64,000 bases of DNA from Magallana gigas (lineage: Eukaryota). Position numbers and translations under genes: made by a program. Every line of letters begins with the position of its first letter. Positions within the stretch are counted from its first letter, which is position 1. The stretch is from NCBI RefSeq assembly GCF_963853765.1, contig NC_088858.1, positions 50,778,001 through 50,842,000 of the forward strand. The letters run 5' to 3'. Below the pieces are notes generated by a model, which saw only the letters and a program-made list of their open reading frames with translations, was not told the origin of the DNA and searched no databases. Shown here piece by piece: positions 12,170 through 24,488 of the stretch.

Positions 12170-12300
12170 AACATTGATTATACTTTATTGATTTGCATAT
12201 TGATTGATTGATTGATTGATTGAAATATTGTTTGAATTATTGATTGATTGATTTCATTGATTGATTCATCTTGATTGATTGATTGTTTGGTTCATTGAAG
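12170..12300. repeat. Imperfect (GATT)n microsatellite in the Ngaro 3' region
   Basis: Runs of tgattgattgattg interspersed with degenerate ttgaatacattgag units from ~12020. Confidence 0.8.
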
Positions 12301-15300
12301 ATCTAACATCATAACTACCCAAAAGTCGATGTTGGTCATTTAACTTACTCTATTGCTATATTTGCAATATTTTGCATACGATTGAATAGTTTATGATGTA
12401 CTGATATATCAAAATAAAGCCATGACAGAGACTGCCAATACGGTGTTGTTAATCTATTTTATTGAAATAATCCGACTTAACTCGATGTGAGTTAAGTCAT
12501 GTTATGGAAATGAATAGATTAACCATTTCACTAATTTATACATCGAAAGAAAGATAACTCCTCAATAAAATGACAAGTTTTATTACGTCACAAACGTTGA
12601 ACGCTGTAAACTGCAACGTCACGAGCGAAAAATCAAAGTTCACGCTTGTGGCTGGTACTGTGGCTTTTCCATTAATATTAACTTAGGATAAGATAGCAAT
12701 TTTAAGGGATAATTCACATTTGCAGACAAGGCAAGAAGTTAAAAAAGTGTAAATATAAGCATTAAATCATGATTTTTTGAAGTATTCAGTCTCATTACTG
12801 CAGCGATGTGTGCATACGAATTTTCATAACGCGCTAATGAGACTGTATACTTAAAAAAATCATGATTTAATGGTATAGTTCATGTAGTTTTCCTTTGTAA
12901 ATCTGACAACATAAAATTTAATCCTGATTTCGCTTCACTGTGATTTCATGTTTAGAGTATTACCGGGTATTCATAATATTAGAGCTTTTTGTAGGGCAGA
13001 ACAAAAAAGTGACAAAGGTATATAAAGGGTCCTGGGTTATCATCTTCTTTTAGAATTCCAAGATAATATAAACTATATAGTTTTATATGTACATGTAAGA
13101 GATTTTTGTAGACCAAGATAATTGTAAGGAGATCAAAATAAGGTCTGACATCAAATAATTACTCTGAATGTCTTGTAAATTTAAGAAATGATCCATTTTC
13201 ATCAAGCAAATCATTGATGTATATATACTATAATTGTACAATTTTCTTATTATACCATTCAGTAAAGAGAAGTGAATTTTTACAGTTTATGCATCATAAT
13301 CTGTTTTTAATATACCATGACAGATGATGTTCAGATATTCAAAAAATCTATACATTTGTGAATAAATTTCCATGAAAATAGTTAATTATCAGTTTCCTCA
13401 ATCTATTATTATTGACAATAAATCAACTTGGCATGAAGCCTGTTTGACTAGGACTATAATAAAATCAAACATATTTTTTTTTCTAAGCATACATGGCCCC
13501 TGAGTCAGGGATTCTGGTATTAAGACAGGGCTCTAATAATTATATAGGATAGGGTGGTGTAGTTTTGTCCAATTATTTTTTGGTACTTAAGATTTGTTCA
13601 TTTATGTCACTGTATATTATGCTACAATTTTTAAAAAAATTTTAGAATTTAGAAAGTTAAAATAATTAGATTAAGCACTCCCAGATTATTAAAAATGATT
13701 TCATTAGCACTGTAGTCATAATATATAAAATAAATATATACAAGTGTTCTCTAATTCAAAATTTGTTTTTTTTTCTCTTTCATCTGTGTAAAATAGATTT
13801 CTCTTAATTGCATGTAGGTCTATGATTTCTTAATTTTTTCTACACCCCCTCCCATATTTATTAAGGAAATAATAGAGGGACAATTCACAAGTTGTTATTA
13901 GCCACTTTGTTTAAAATAAATAGGCCAACATGTAACACTATAATTAACATCCATTGTTGTTACTGAATCTATACACAGTACAGACTCGGTAACAACAATC
14001 AAAACAGTGTAGCATAAAAGTAAACTATATTTAATTTAGAACATTAACTTATCTTGCACAATTTGGCAGACAGTCACACAGGTGATATCCCCCTGTACTT
14101 TGTTTGCAGGTGTATAAAATGCTTTATTTGGTGATTCATACAGTATAAGAACGTAGCAATTAATGCAGAAAGAAGATGGTTTCTGTATTTATGCTTGCCT
14201 CCTTCATAGCTTGCATGAATCACCAAAGAAATAATTTTGCACATTTCATTATAAATGTCAATATCTGAATAGAATAAAGTACCTCAATATCTGGAATACT
14301 GGGTGGATCTGCCATCAATCTTCTCCTGTCATCTTGCATTGGCTGTTGAATTCAAGTGAATTGTGAACATCAAGCAGATAGAGAGAAAAGTATTAATGTA
14401 AGCATTGACATGTAACAATAGAAACATCCATTGATGTAAGCAAATTTATACACAGTGTAGCATGAAGGTTAAAACTGATTTAAGTTAGTACATAAACATA
14501 TCTTGCACAATTTGATTGAAAGGATAGATAGACTGTAAAAAGCTTAGTGTTATTTTACATGGTAATCATACATTGAACTTAACATGTTGATTGTGTTTAA
14601 TATTTAATGTAATATTTCTATACTAGTATCCAAATTATGTGCTTGTAAGGAGGGATTAGAATTTATACATATACTGTTTTTACAGTACATGTATTTTGAA
14701 ATATAATTCCAAGTGAAATAAACCTGATAGTTGTATTCTGTTTCATTTCTTCTCTGATTACTATTGGGGGAACAAGAGCAAGGAAGTTCAGCATTATTCT
14801 GTAAAATATAATAATACCAACTGAGAATGTATGAAAAAATTATCATTATTGTAAACATGCAATGATGTTCCCGTATATTCATTGTGCCTTTGCAAATTAT
14901 TGTAATTGTGTTTGTGTCAATAAAATATTTGTATAATTGATTGGCAAACAAGTTGTCAGTGAAGACTTTATATGTAACAGTTATCGGTGACTTACTGGCA
15001 AGGAAAGATAATCATGGTCTTTATATAGAGTTGACCTTATTGGGATACCACCAACTGTTGTTGGGATTACCAGAAGAACCTATTAATGAAATGAATCACA
15101 TAATTAGTTACAACATGAAAAAATATTTCCAATTATTTCTTCCAATTCTTATCAAAACCACTATTGTTTTATATCAATACAGTACATTTCAAGTCACTAG
15201 GGGGTTTGGAGGGTTTATAAAATGAAGTAATTGTAGTACTTGATGCTACACATATTTATCGACAGTTTGTTCAGTATTTTGTATATGCCTGATTGTACAA

Positions 15301-15764
15301 TGGGCATTGGTCATGAATGAATTAAAATCTATATACATAAAAATAAATATTCTCATCCACATTGCCTATAAAGAAAGTTAAGTTTAGATTGAAGTAACCC
15401 CCCCCCCCCTCCCCCATTTGGCAGATTATGATTTGATGAAAAAATATTAATTTGTATTACAAAAGCAGTATGATGTAATATAAATATTATATCTTGTGTG
15501 GGCAATTCACTTCTCATGAAACGAATCGAGTTCAAATCATAAACAGACACAGATATAACATTTGTAAACACAGCTTATATCAGTGTGCAGAGAGAATTGT
15601 ATGTATACGGATTGTGTATGTTTCTTGCGTATTATGTATGGTTTTGTGGCTAATTATATAAGAAAATTATAAATCATAACATGTTAAACTTCCCCTTGTA
15701 AATTACAGTTGTAAACACGTGCTGCAACGCTTACATTTAGAAGAACATAGAGTGATGCATTTGA

Positions 15765-15860
15765 AAGCGCCGCCATCTTCAACTTCTCAGTTTTTTAGCG
15801 CATGCGCAAAATCTGTTCCATGTTTACAATTTTTGCGAATGCGCAACGTCACTTCCGGTT
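15765..15860. promoter_or_regulatory. Cluster of housekeeping-type promoter motifs (YY1-, NRF1-, ETS-like)
   Basis: CCGCCATCTT 15770-15779, GCGCATGCGC 15798-15807 and ACTTCCGG 15851-15858 in a CpG-rich island within AT-rich DNA; no gene confidently linked. Confidence 0.35.
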
Positions 15861-15924
15861 TTGATCTCACCCATCCCCTAACCGCATTCTGGAATTGTAT
15901 CTATAATCCATGTCAACCCGTATC

Positions 15925-16474
15925 CAGTGAAATGGAGTACCCTATATGCAACATTTTGCCAAAAAATGACTAAGTTCAAAAGCTAGTATTTTTTGATAAA
16001 TTATCAGAAATCAAAATCCTTGCAATATGCACACCTCTAATATATGTACATGTACAACTGATCTGCAAAAGAACATTTTCCTATCTTGAAAACTGTAGGA
16101 GGAGTTATCCGTACAATGAGGGTACCCTATATGCAATATGTTGCCAAAAAATGACTAAGTTCAAAAGCTGGTATTCTTTTGATTAATTATCAGAAATCAA
16201 AATCCTAGCAATATGCACATCTCTAATATATGTACAATTGATCTGTAAAAGAACATTTTCCTATCTTGAGAACTGTAGGAGGAGTTATCCGTACAATGAG
16301 GGTACCCTATATGCAACATTTTGCCAAAAAATGACTGTACAATTGATCTGCAAAAAAACAACTTCCTATCTTGAAAACTGTAGGAGTTATCCGTACAATG
16401 AGGGTACCCTTTTGGCAGCCGCCCGCCCGCCATTTTAATAACCGGATTTTTCCGTTGGAAAACCCGGTTAAAAA
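15925..16474 (+). mobile_element. Helentron/HINE-like non-autonomous element carrying ~180-bp tandem units
   Basis: Unit anchor gtaccc at 15937, 16122, 16302 and 16404 (spacings 185, 180, 102), then (CCGC)n and the terminal hairpin taaccggatttttcc-gtt-ggaaaacccggtta (16439-16470) followed by an A-run. Confidence 0.7.
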
Positions 16475-17205
16475 GATGTTGGCCATATTGGCCTCACCCT
16501 AAGGTCTGAACCCCTGAATTTAACACTAACAAAAAACATTCAAAAATACAAAATCTGACTTCAAATGGATCAAATTCGAATCAAAAAAATTTCAATCTCA
16601 AGAAAGATTTATTTACTTCTATGTTATTTAATCCTCCAGGGGAGCTTCTTTCTCCAAAGTATTGACTCTATGACGATTGTATTGGGCAAGGAATGAGTCA
16701 ATATTCCTATCAACACTTTCGTGTTACAAGAGGCCCCGGTCAAAGGTCACCCGGACATAGCGATATAAACAAATTGACTTCCGAAAAGCAAATCGACAAA
16801 ATAAAAGCAAGATTTCTATGATAGTACAAGAAAATATGTGTTTAAAAACTTTTCAGACTTGAAAAATCTCGTAAGATCTGTTCTTTCCTAGCATAAACAA
16901 ATAAAAATCCATTCATAAATTTTGTGTTTGATTGGTTTCAACAATGCTTGGTTTCGATAATGATCATGATGATTGTCATTCACGGTCATATTCATTGGAA
17001 TTGTGTGATAACTACACACTAAAATTTAAGTAAAATAAATTAAATGAACATTGTTATATACATTTAAATAAAAACATCATGCATTTCATATTTTTTGTAG
17101 AACATATCCAGTTTATGGGTAATATGTTGTTGATTTTACGTTGCTTTATTATAAACGTTCCTCTGCATGGTTTCACGTTCTGAAGTTTTACAAAATCAAC
17201 AAAAA

Positions 17206-18707
17206 ATGTCAACCAGATGCTGTGCTTTTAGCTTTTGTACAAATAATGCAACCAAAATTACAAAATGGAAAAAACAGATGTGTGAAATTCATCAAATTCA
17301 GCATTGGTTGGGTTCCTGTATTTGCGACCCGCCATTCAAACTTTTCCCGTTTCCAACTGAACTAAAAGATAAATATGGACGGCAAAAGTGGACCAGTATA
17401 ATTAACAGAAAAAATGGCTCAAGGTTGTGTTCTGACCATTTTATTGATGGGAGGCCAACTCCAACAAACCCATACCCCACGCTGAAACTAGGGTACACAC
17501 CCCATAAGCCCATTGTATCTAAACCGACCCCAAAGGAAAAAACTCTGCAGCCCACTAAAGAAAAGAGAAGAAGATTTGAACAACAGCCTTCCCCAATCCC
17601 AACATGTGACAAGGAAGAGAGTAACAATTTTATAAATGTGCAACCAAGTTGCTCATGTGATAATGAGGGAAAAATCGCCCTTTTAGAGGCTAAAATTAAA
17701 GACCTTGAAATAAAACTTGATGCAAAACCAAAGGAAAAACCAGCTCCCCTCAATAGATTTTCATTAAGCAAAGTTTTAAAATCAGATGCAAAAGTTAAAT
17801 TTTACACTGGTTTTTCCAATTTGGCATCTTTCAATACTGTCTATCAAACTATACACCCCCATATTCATAAACTGCGCTACCGGAAGGGTCCAAAAAGGGT
17901 TTGTAATCCTTTAAAACAAAAGAACAAGTTCTCAAGCCATTACAGAACACTAGGTCCTAAAGAAGAAATGGTAATGTGTCTAATGAAATTAAGATTAGGC
18001 TATCTCAATGAAGATATTGCAGACAGGTTTGGTGTGTCAGCCACACATGTATCCAGTGTATTATCAACTTGGATAAAACTCCTAAGCTTAATGCTTAGCA
18101 CACTAGTATTCAACCCACCCAGAGAGGTAGTAATGTCAAATTTGCCCCCTTCTTTCCAAATTAATACCTATCGAAATGTACGACATATAATTGACTGTAC
18201 AGAGATTTTTATTGAAACACCCAAACAATTTACAGGTAGCCGCCCAAACCTGGAATGATTACAAGCACCATAATACTGCGAAAATCTTAATCAATATCAC
18301 TTCAGCTAGAATGATCAACTTTGTATCTGAGGCTTGGACTGGTCGTGCCAGTGATAAGTGTATAACACTTAATTCTGGCTTTCTAAAAATAATAGAGCCC
18401 TGTGATAAGGTTATGGCTGATAGGGGGTTCCCTATAAGAGAAGAGCTCACCCTGTTAAGGGCAGATCTTTTGATTCCTCCAGGTAGGCGGGGGGGGGGGG
18501 GGGGGTCCTCAAATGTCTGCTTCTGACGTGTCGAAAACTAAAGGTATTGCAAATAGGCGTATGTACGTAGAGCAAGCAATACGCCGTAAGAAACAGTGTC
18601 ATATCATCAAGAATGAAATGCCAATTATCCTATTACATCACTTAGATGATACAACTAAAATAATTGCTGGCATTTGCAATTTATACCCACCACTACCTAG
18701 ATATTAA
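17206..18707 (+). pseudogene. THAP-domain DDE transposase (two frameshifts)
   Basis: THAP CCAFSFC...LFPFP...KW...RLCSDHF; coiled coil; KFYTGF; LMKLRLGYLNEDIADRFGVS (HTH); catalytic IIDCTE, MADRGF, YVEQAIRR. Frameshifts near 18220 and in the poly-G at 18488-18505. Confidence 0.9.
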
Positions 18708-18972
18708 GTGGGTACATGTATTTTCAAATGACTTTGTAAAATTTAGTAATGTACTTGTTAGGTACATATGATTGTTATGTACCTGATATTGATATATGTT
18801 GAGGACTATTAATCTACACATGTTCATATTTACCTTTAATAAAAAATGTATTTCAAAATCATTTTCATGGAAAGTTTAATTATAAATCTATATTCCACTA
18901 CACAAACAGTATTCAACTTGTATAACATCATAAGAAATTTGCAAATCCAGTGTATCTGTTGACATATGCAGT

Positions 18973-21430
18973 TTAAACATTACATGATTTACAAGTTTTA
19001 CTAAACCAAGAAGAAGTAGTGTTCAAAACTGACTTTGACGTGCCTACACATTTAAAGTGATACCAATTATCACACATATCACAACAAATGCTGCGCTGTG
19101 AAAATGATTTTACATTTTTTTGTTCTTGAATCTGGCTTTTACAAATCAAACAGAAATAAACACCTCCACTACTTTCAACCTCCATTGGTTTTGGTTCACA
19201 TTCATTGAACATTTTAACTTGGCATGAAATAACAGGTATATTTAGTTTTTCACAAACTTTTGGTGCATTGATTGTTTTAAAGAAATCAATCAAGTTAACT
19301 TGAACATCTGCAAAGTATTTTTCCTCAAATTTGATTCTTTTCAGAAAATTACCATTACAGGAATACACAAAAAAATCACACCACCTGCGCTTTGTAATGG
19401 TCATCTGCCCTTGAACTTGACAAAAATAGCGGTGATTTTTCTTAATGTCTATTTCACCATCAGTAGATAAAAGATAATCTGGTATATTACATAAACAAAA
19501 TGAAGGGCATGAATCACATTTAAGTTTCATTATTGATTTTACCTCCAAAAGCCCTTCACCACAACAGTCACATGACATCAACATATCAGGACTAGCAGCT
19601 AAATAAGAAAACTCATGATGTAAAAAGATTCCACATTCCCTAAATTTTGCATTGACATGATTATCTTTATAAATTTTACAGTAGATAGTCTTTGCAAGTG
19701 GCTCAGATTCTCTTCCAAACTTCAATGCTTTGATGTTAGAATTAGCAGTTGATTCACCCATTATCACCGACACAATCGAACTCATATCTACTTCAGGATT
19801 TTTCTTCAGTGAATTCATGCGAGTATGAACGGCATAAAAATTAGAAGCAGTAATCCTGCCTTTTCTCAGATCGTGCCATAAAGAGTTACTACTTTGTCCT
19901 ACAGTCTATTCCTCAATGAGGTTGACTTCATTTTTGTCAGAAATTGATGGTCAATAAAGTCCTCAACTGTCTGATGACCTGAGGCGATGTTGTTGAGGCA
20001 GTACCGGTAGGCTTCCACTTCACATGCTTGTTGTCCAAGTTCTTGAGAAATTTCAAGAGGCAATACTTCAGGTATATCTGTACCTGTTAATAACAAAAAA
20101 GAAGCACAACATTTTTGACAACTTTCTCATGTGTATATACATGTAATAATTTACTTTTAAAAAGGAAAAGTCAAACAACAATCACTACTATACAAACACA
20201 CATAAAGTTAAGGACTGGTTGAAATTTGCTATAATACCTTTCAACAGACAAGCATTTAGAACTGCTTTTCTCAGCTCATCAATAAATGTATTCCTGTCAA
20301 GGTTCAATGACTCAAGCGGTTTAAACTGGTTTTTCAGATTGGAAACTAACGGTCTTGTTTTTTCTGCAGAATAAAATAGAGTGAAAAAATCCACAACAGT
20401 ATAAATTAAAAAAGAAAATTATTAAATTTTAAACATAAAATAAAACAATATTTATAAAAATACCATGCCCATGGCGCGACATTCGAATGGTCAAATCTTT
20501 AATCTTTGTTGGCACCACCTTAGTTGCTGCTGGGACCACTGGCATGGTAATGATGTGCACGATGTAAGACCTAGTTTATTTGCTGACTCCACTCGAAACA
20601 AAAGGACTGCTACGTGATTGCAAGTCTGACCCATTCTGAAATTTGAAACTATATATTTTTTAAATCTTGACAAAAATAGACAAATATAATGGAGAATTTT
20701 AAATTAATAATGATAATTCCCAGCAAATAAAAACCATTTAATATGTGTAACAAGTATAACCAAGCTTTAAATATATATATACAATCATAATACAGAAATT
20801 TATTTAAAATATTAGACTAACAGTAAAATTAAGTTACCAAGCAGTACAGGAACAAAATGCAGACTTAACACATCCAGATTCCTTTGAAATAGCCACCCAC
20901 ATCGTGTGATTCTCGTCCGTGACCCTCTGACTTGGGGTACACTTCGCTCTAAAGAAGCATACTGGAGATGTGGAAGAAACAGAATGAAAAAATATTTCTT
21001 TAATAGAATTACATGTAGCTGAACAATATTCAAAAGCCTTGCCAATTTTGTAATCGTCCATGTACGTTTTCACGGTGTTGCTTGTGCCTTTGTCTATAAA
21101 GAAATTTACAATGTCAGATAATAATAACGGTGGCCACTGAGACATCCAACTCATTTCATCCTGCCATCCTGCCCCTATTTTGAACGGATCGGGTAACACA
21201 GACCCATCAACATGCAACAAATCGTTATATTCTTTCTGAGGCTGACAAACATATTCACAGTCTGAAACTTTCATAGGCAACTTCATGGAATTCACAGCGA
21301 AACACAAAGCAGCTAACTCGGCCTTAGTCCCATCGGTAGACAGTCCTCTTTTGCTTAAAAAATCCTTCAGTGCTTCCAATTTCCAAGAATTAAACGTTTC
21401 TAAAGAAAATGTGTTATAACCGGGATCCAT
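18973..21430 (-). pseudogene. SAP-SWIM-YqaJ exonuclease-PHD finger gene of the transposon (4 exons, disrupted)
   Basis: Exons 21430-20838, 20636-20464, 20363-20238 and 20083-18973 with GT-AG introns. SAP-like LKDFLSKRGLSTDGTKAEL; SWIM CSCTA.MGQTCNHVA; YqaJ GRITASNF, LAASPD, LLEVK, YFCQVQGQM; PHD CLIC...CCDMCDNWYHFKC. The exon1/2 junction forms TGA; frameshifts in exons 2 and 4. Confidence 0.85.
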
Positions 21431-23567
21431 TGTTAGACAAAGTTTAAAAAGAATCGGGTAATATTTTTGTAAATCGTCACAAGTTGCGTAAAAACAAATA
21501 AACCTCCTCAGCAGCTGCTCAACGCGCCATATTTTATTGCTGACTGACCCCGTGACCTCGCAAGGCCGCTAACATCATATAAAAAAGTGTTAATAGGAGT
21601 ATTAAATCCATAGGAAACATTTTATTATGTTGAAACTTCAATGCAGGAGTCTAAACAGATCCAGACTATATTGTAGAGAACATTACTACTGATATCGTCT
21701 TTTTACTCGTCTTTAAAGTCTTTTTAACACCATCAACAGCCACGTAAGGTAAAGTGGTGCAGTTCGTTAGATGTAAAAAAAAATATGGCGACTCTCGATC
21801 TCGGTGTAAATTTAACAAACCAGTACTTGATTTTTCGAGGTCGGTAACTTGTTCAAGAGAAAGTGTGAGGCAAGTACTGAGGCGGTATCAGTACCAAATT
21901 TCATGATGAATTTTATGATACTAATTGTTTTCAAAAAAGTTGCTTATAAACAATGTTAATGAGTCCAAAATTAGCGTACTTTTTCTGCGCAATAAGTTCA
22001 CTTTTTGTTTAATGGGTGACACTGTAGCTCCCAGCTCGTCCATTTTCAGACCGGGAGCTACACACTTCAGTTAAATTTTTACACATTTTTCTATATGTAG
22101 CAATATTGGGCCTGACCTAGGAGCCATCACTTTTATCACAAATAAAATTGCAACATATGTTTAACATATGTTCGCCATAAAACGAGCACCATATGTTAAA
22201 CATTTGTTTATAAAGATATGTTCAATATATGTTTAACATATGTTTTCTATAATCTTATGATTAACATAAAATTATGTTTATGAACCTATCTTTATCATAT
22301 GTTCAACATATGTTAATATCATTTTCTGTTCTTACTTATTTTGGGATATTTCATAATTTTGGGTGATTGCGTATTGGTGTTAATTAGTCTCATAATACTT
22401 CTCATTTAAACACTGATTTTTTGAGAAAGAGAAGAAAACGCCGAAATCGATGACAATTCATAAATTATAAATCTATTTATTTGTGTATATTTGAAAATGG
22501 CATAAATATTCTGATTGATCTCAACTAGTCCATGCACAAACTTCATTTCTCGGACTGGGTTGCTTCTAAAAAAAAGATACATTTGTATGTGTTTAAATTT
22601 GAGTTTCATATCAAGACATATAATTGATGGCATCAAAATGTAGTTGTAAATTGAAATATCAGACAAATGTATGAATGCAGTTAAAATTAAAGGTATATTA
22701 TACTTATAATCACCCCGAGCACTCAAAAAACTGCTCCTTCTCTTGCCGTCATTTTCCTCCATTTTCTGGCGCCTCTCATTTCCCTGGCTCACATGAGCAT
22801 CCTAAGAAAGAGCACTGGTCGGCATTTAGGCGGAGTCTATGGTGAATATTTTCTGGCGATACATGAAGGTTCTCTGAAATTCAAATTAGTTTATGATGAA
22901 AGTTCATTTAAGTAAATTTAATTTGAAGAGACCTAAAATATACCTTTATTTCCCGAATGTACAAAATGAGTTTTACACACATGCACAAATACATGTATAA
23001 TTTTATTTGATTGAATTTGGAAAGGGAAAGTTAAAATTACACCTTTTGCATTAATTAATAGAAGAATTTTCTCAAACATAGAAAATTTAGAACTTGCCAT
23101 TTTCATAGAAAAAAAAGATTTGTGTTTTGCTTTTGCTTTAAAATAATTAAAATAAAAAAAGGACGTTGCTAGCTGTTGACTATTCTTGGCATCTTATTTT
23201 TTTGTAGTTATTTTTTTTTCTAAGGGGGGGGGGGGTTAAAACATCATTAATCATTTCATGAAAATGGCAAGCTCTTTATATTTGTTTTCCCTTGGACTGA
23301 AATGTCACACTTTCATTTGTTTAGACATAGCACGTGATTGCCTCATATATCTCTATATTTGTTCGGTGAGAAATAATATGAGGCAATATGGCCGTCATTG
23401 GCCGACGCTTCCCTTACTCATTTTGACATTTCATAGTATTTAATACATAAACTGCATGCTGTAAGTTCTTAAATTATTTGGAGTAGTTGCCCTTTGAAAT
23501 TCTTTAAAATTAGAGTAGTTGCCCTTAGAATATTGACGTCACATTGTTTTGTCTGGAGTAGAACAAA

Positions 23568-23780
23568 ATGGCAGCGTCGAAATTTGCTCAAATCTCTGCT
23601 GAGGAAAGGGAGAAAACTTTTAAAATTGAATAACAACAAAACATTGTAAGTGAACATAGGTGAAGCAAAGATTTTTAAAGAGTATTTGAAAGGTGAGATT
23701 GAAAATTTTGAAGAGTTTAAGGTAGCTCCATACTCGTAAAATTCTCTGAGGAAAGTTGAAAAACCGAACTGATTTCGACT
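23568..23780 (+). pseudogene. Possible Crypton tyrosine-recombinase N-terminal remnant
   Basis: MAASKFAQISAEEREK...NNKT...AKIFKEYLKGEIENFEEF with stops and a frameshift; resembles Crypton N-termini from memory only. Confidence 0.45.
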
Positions 23781-24348
23781 TAATAGATTTAAATGTCATC
23801 AATTGTTAAAAAAAATATACATGTCATCACACTTTTTGAGATGCCAGATAAACACAAACTAAAGCATATTTTAGCATTAGAAAAATGTACTTTTTTTCTG
23901 TTAAAAGTAAAATCTTGTAGGCAGAAATTTGTTTTTCTTGTTTAATTTTAATGCCAACTTTATCAGAAAACTAAAATTACAAAAATATTGTAAAATTAAT
24001 CGTTGGAATAAGAAAAACTATAGCATTTAGACATACAACTGAGAGAAAAGTCAGAAAAAGAGTTTTTTCCCCTTTGCATAGATAAAATATTTTAAAAATT
24101 TGGAAATTTAGTATAATTTAATTCTAATTACATCCATGTGATTATATTCCTATAAAATAAATAAAACTATCTTGCACAATTTTTAAAGAATTCAAAGTTT
24201 TACAAAAAAGTGTGACGTCACAGAACACTGGATCTACTTTAAATGAGTTAAATTGGACGAGGTGTAAGGCATCTTGTACATGGCTTTGCGTAGATCATCG
24301 CTATTTGTGAATAAATATGTCGCTTGATAGTCCTCGGGAAAACAAAAC

Positions 24349-24375
24349 ACTTATTAGGTTGGTTACTGACTCACT

Positions 24376-24408
<33 letters not shown>

Positions 24409-24488
24409 CGGCTCGGCTTCGCCTCGCCATCTATGAGATTGGTCAACCCAATATATTTCCGTAGTGAGTCAGTAACTAACCTAATAAG
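24349..24488. repeat. 140-bp near-perfect palindrome (64-bp arms, 3 transitions) around ggctcggcttcgcctcgcc
   Basis: Arms compared base by base; a structure typical of non-autonomous Crypton-like or hairpin elements. Confidence 0.9.

Larger units (their letters stand above)
7700..12500 (+). mobile_element. Tyrosine-recombinase retrotransposon (DIRS order, Ngaro-type) with additional SGNH hydrolase ORF
   Basis: Order gag - RT/RNase H - overlapping YR - SGNH on one strand, then a 3' region with hairpins, a GATT microsatellite and AATAAA near 12414. Exact termini and split direct repeats not identified. Confidence 0.9.
16732..21567. mobile_element. ISL2EU-type (PIF/Harbinger-related) DNA transposon, two convergent genes, inactivated
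   Basis: THAP-HTH-DDE transposase on + and YqaJ exonuclease gene on -, the gene pair described for ISL2EU. Imperfect candidate termini GGCCccggtcaaAGGTCAC (16732) and GTGACCTcgcaaGGCC (21567); TSD not seen. Confidence 0.8.

Noticed and set aside
15937-16404. CRISPR-like array (also considered for the AACATATGTT and CCCCAATGA arrays)
   Set aside because: The units are contiguous with no unique spacers, there are no cas genes, and the context is eukaryotic.
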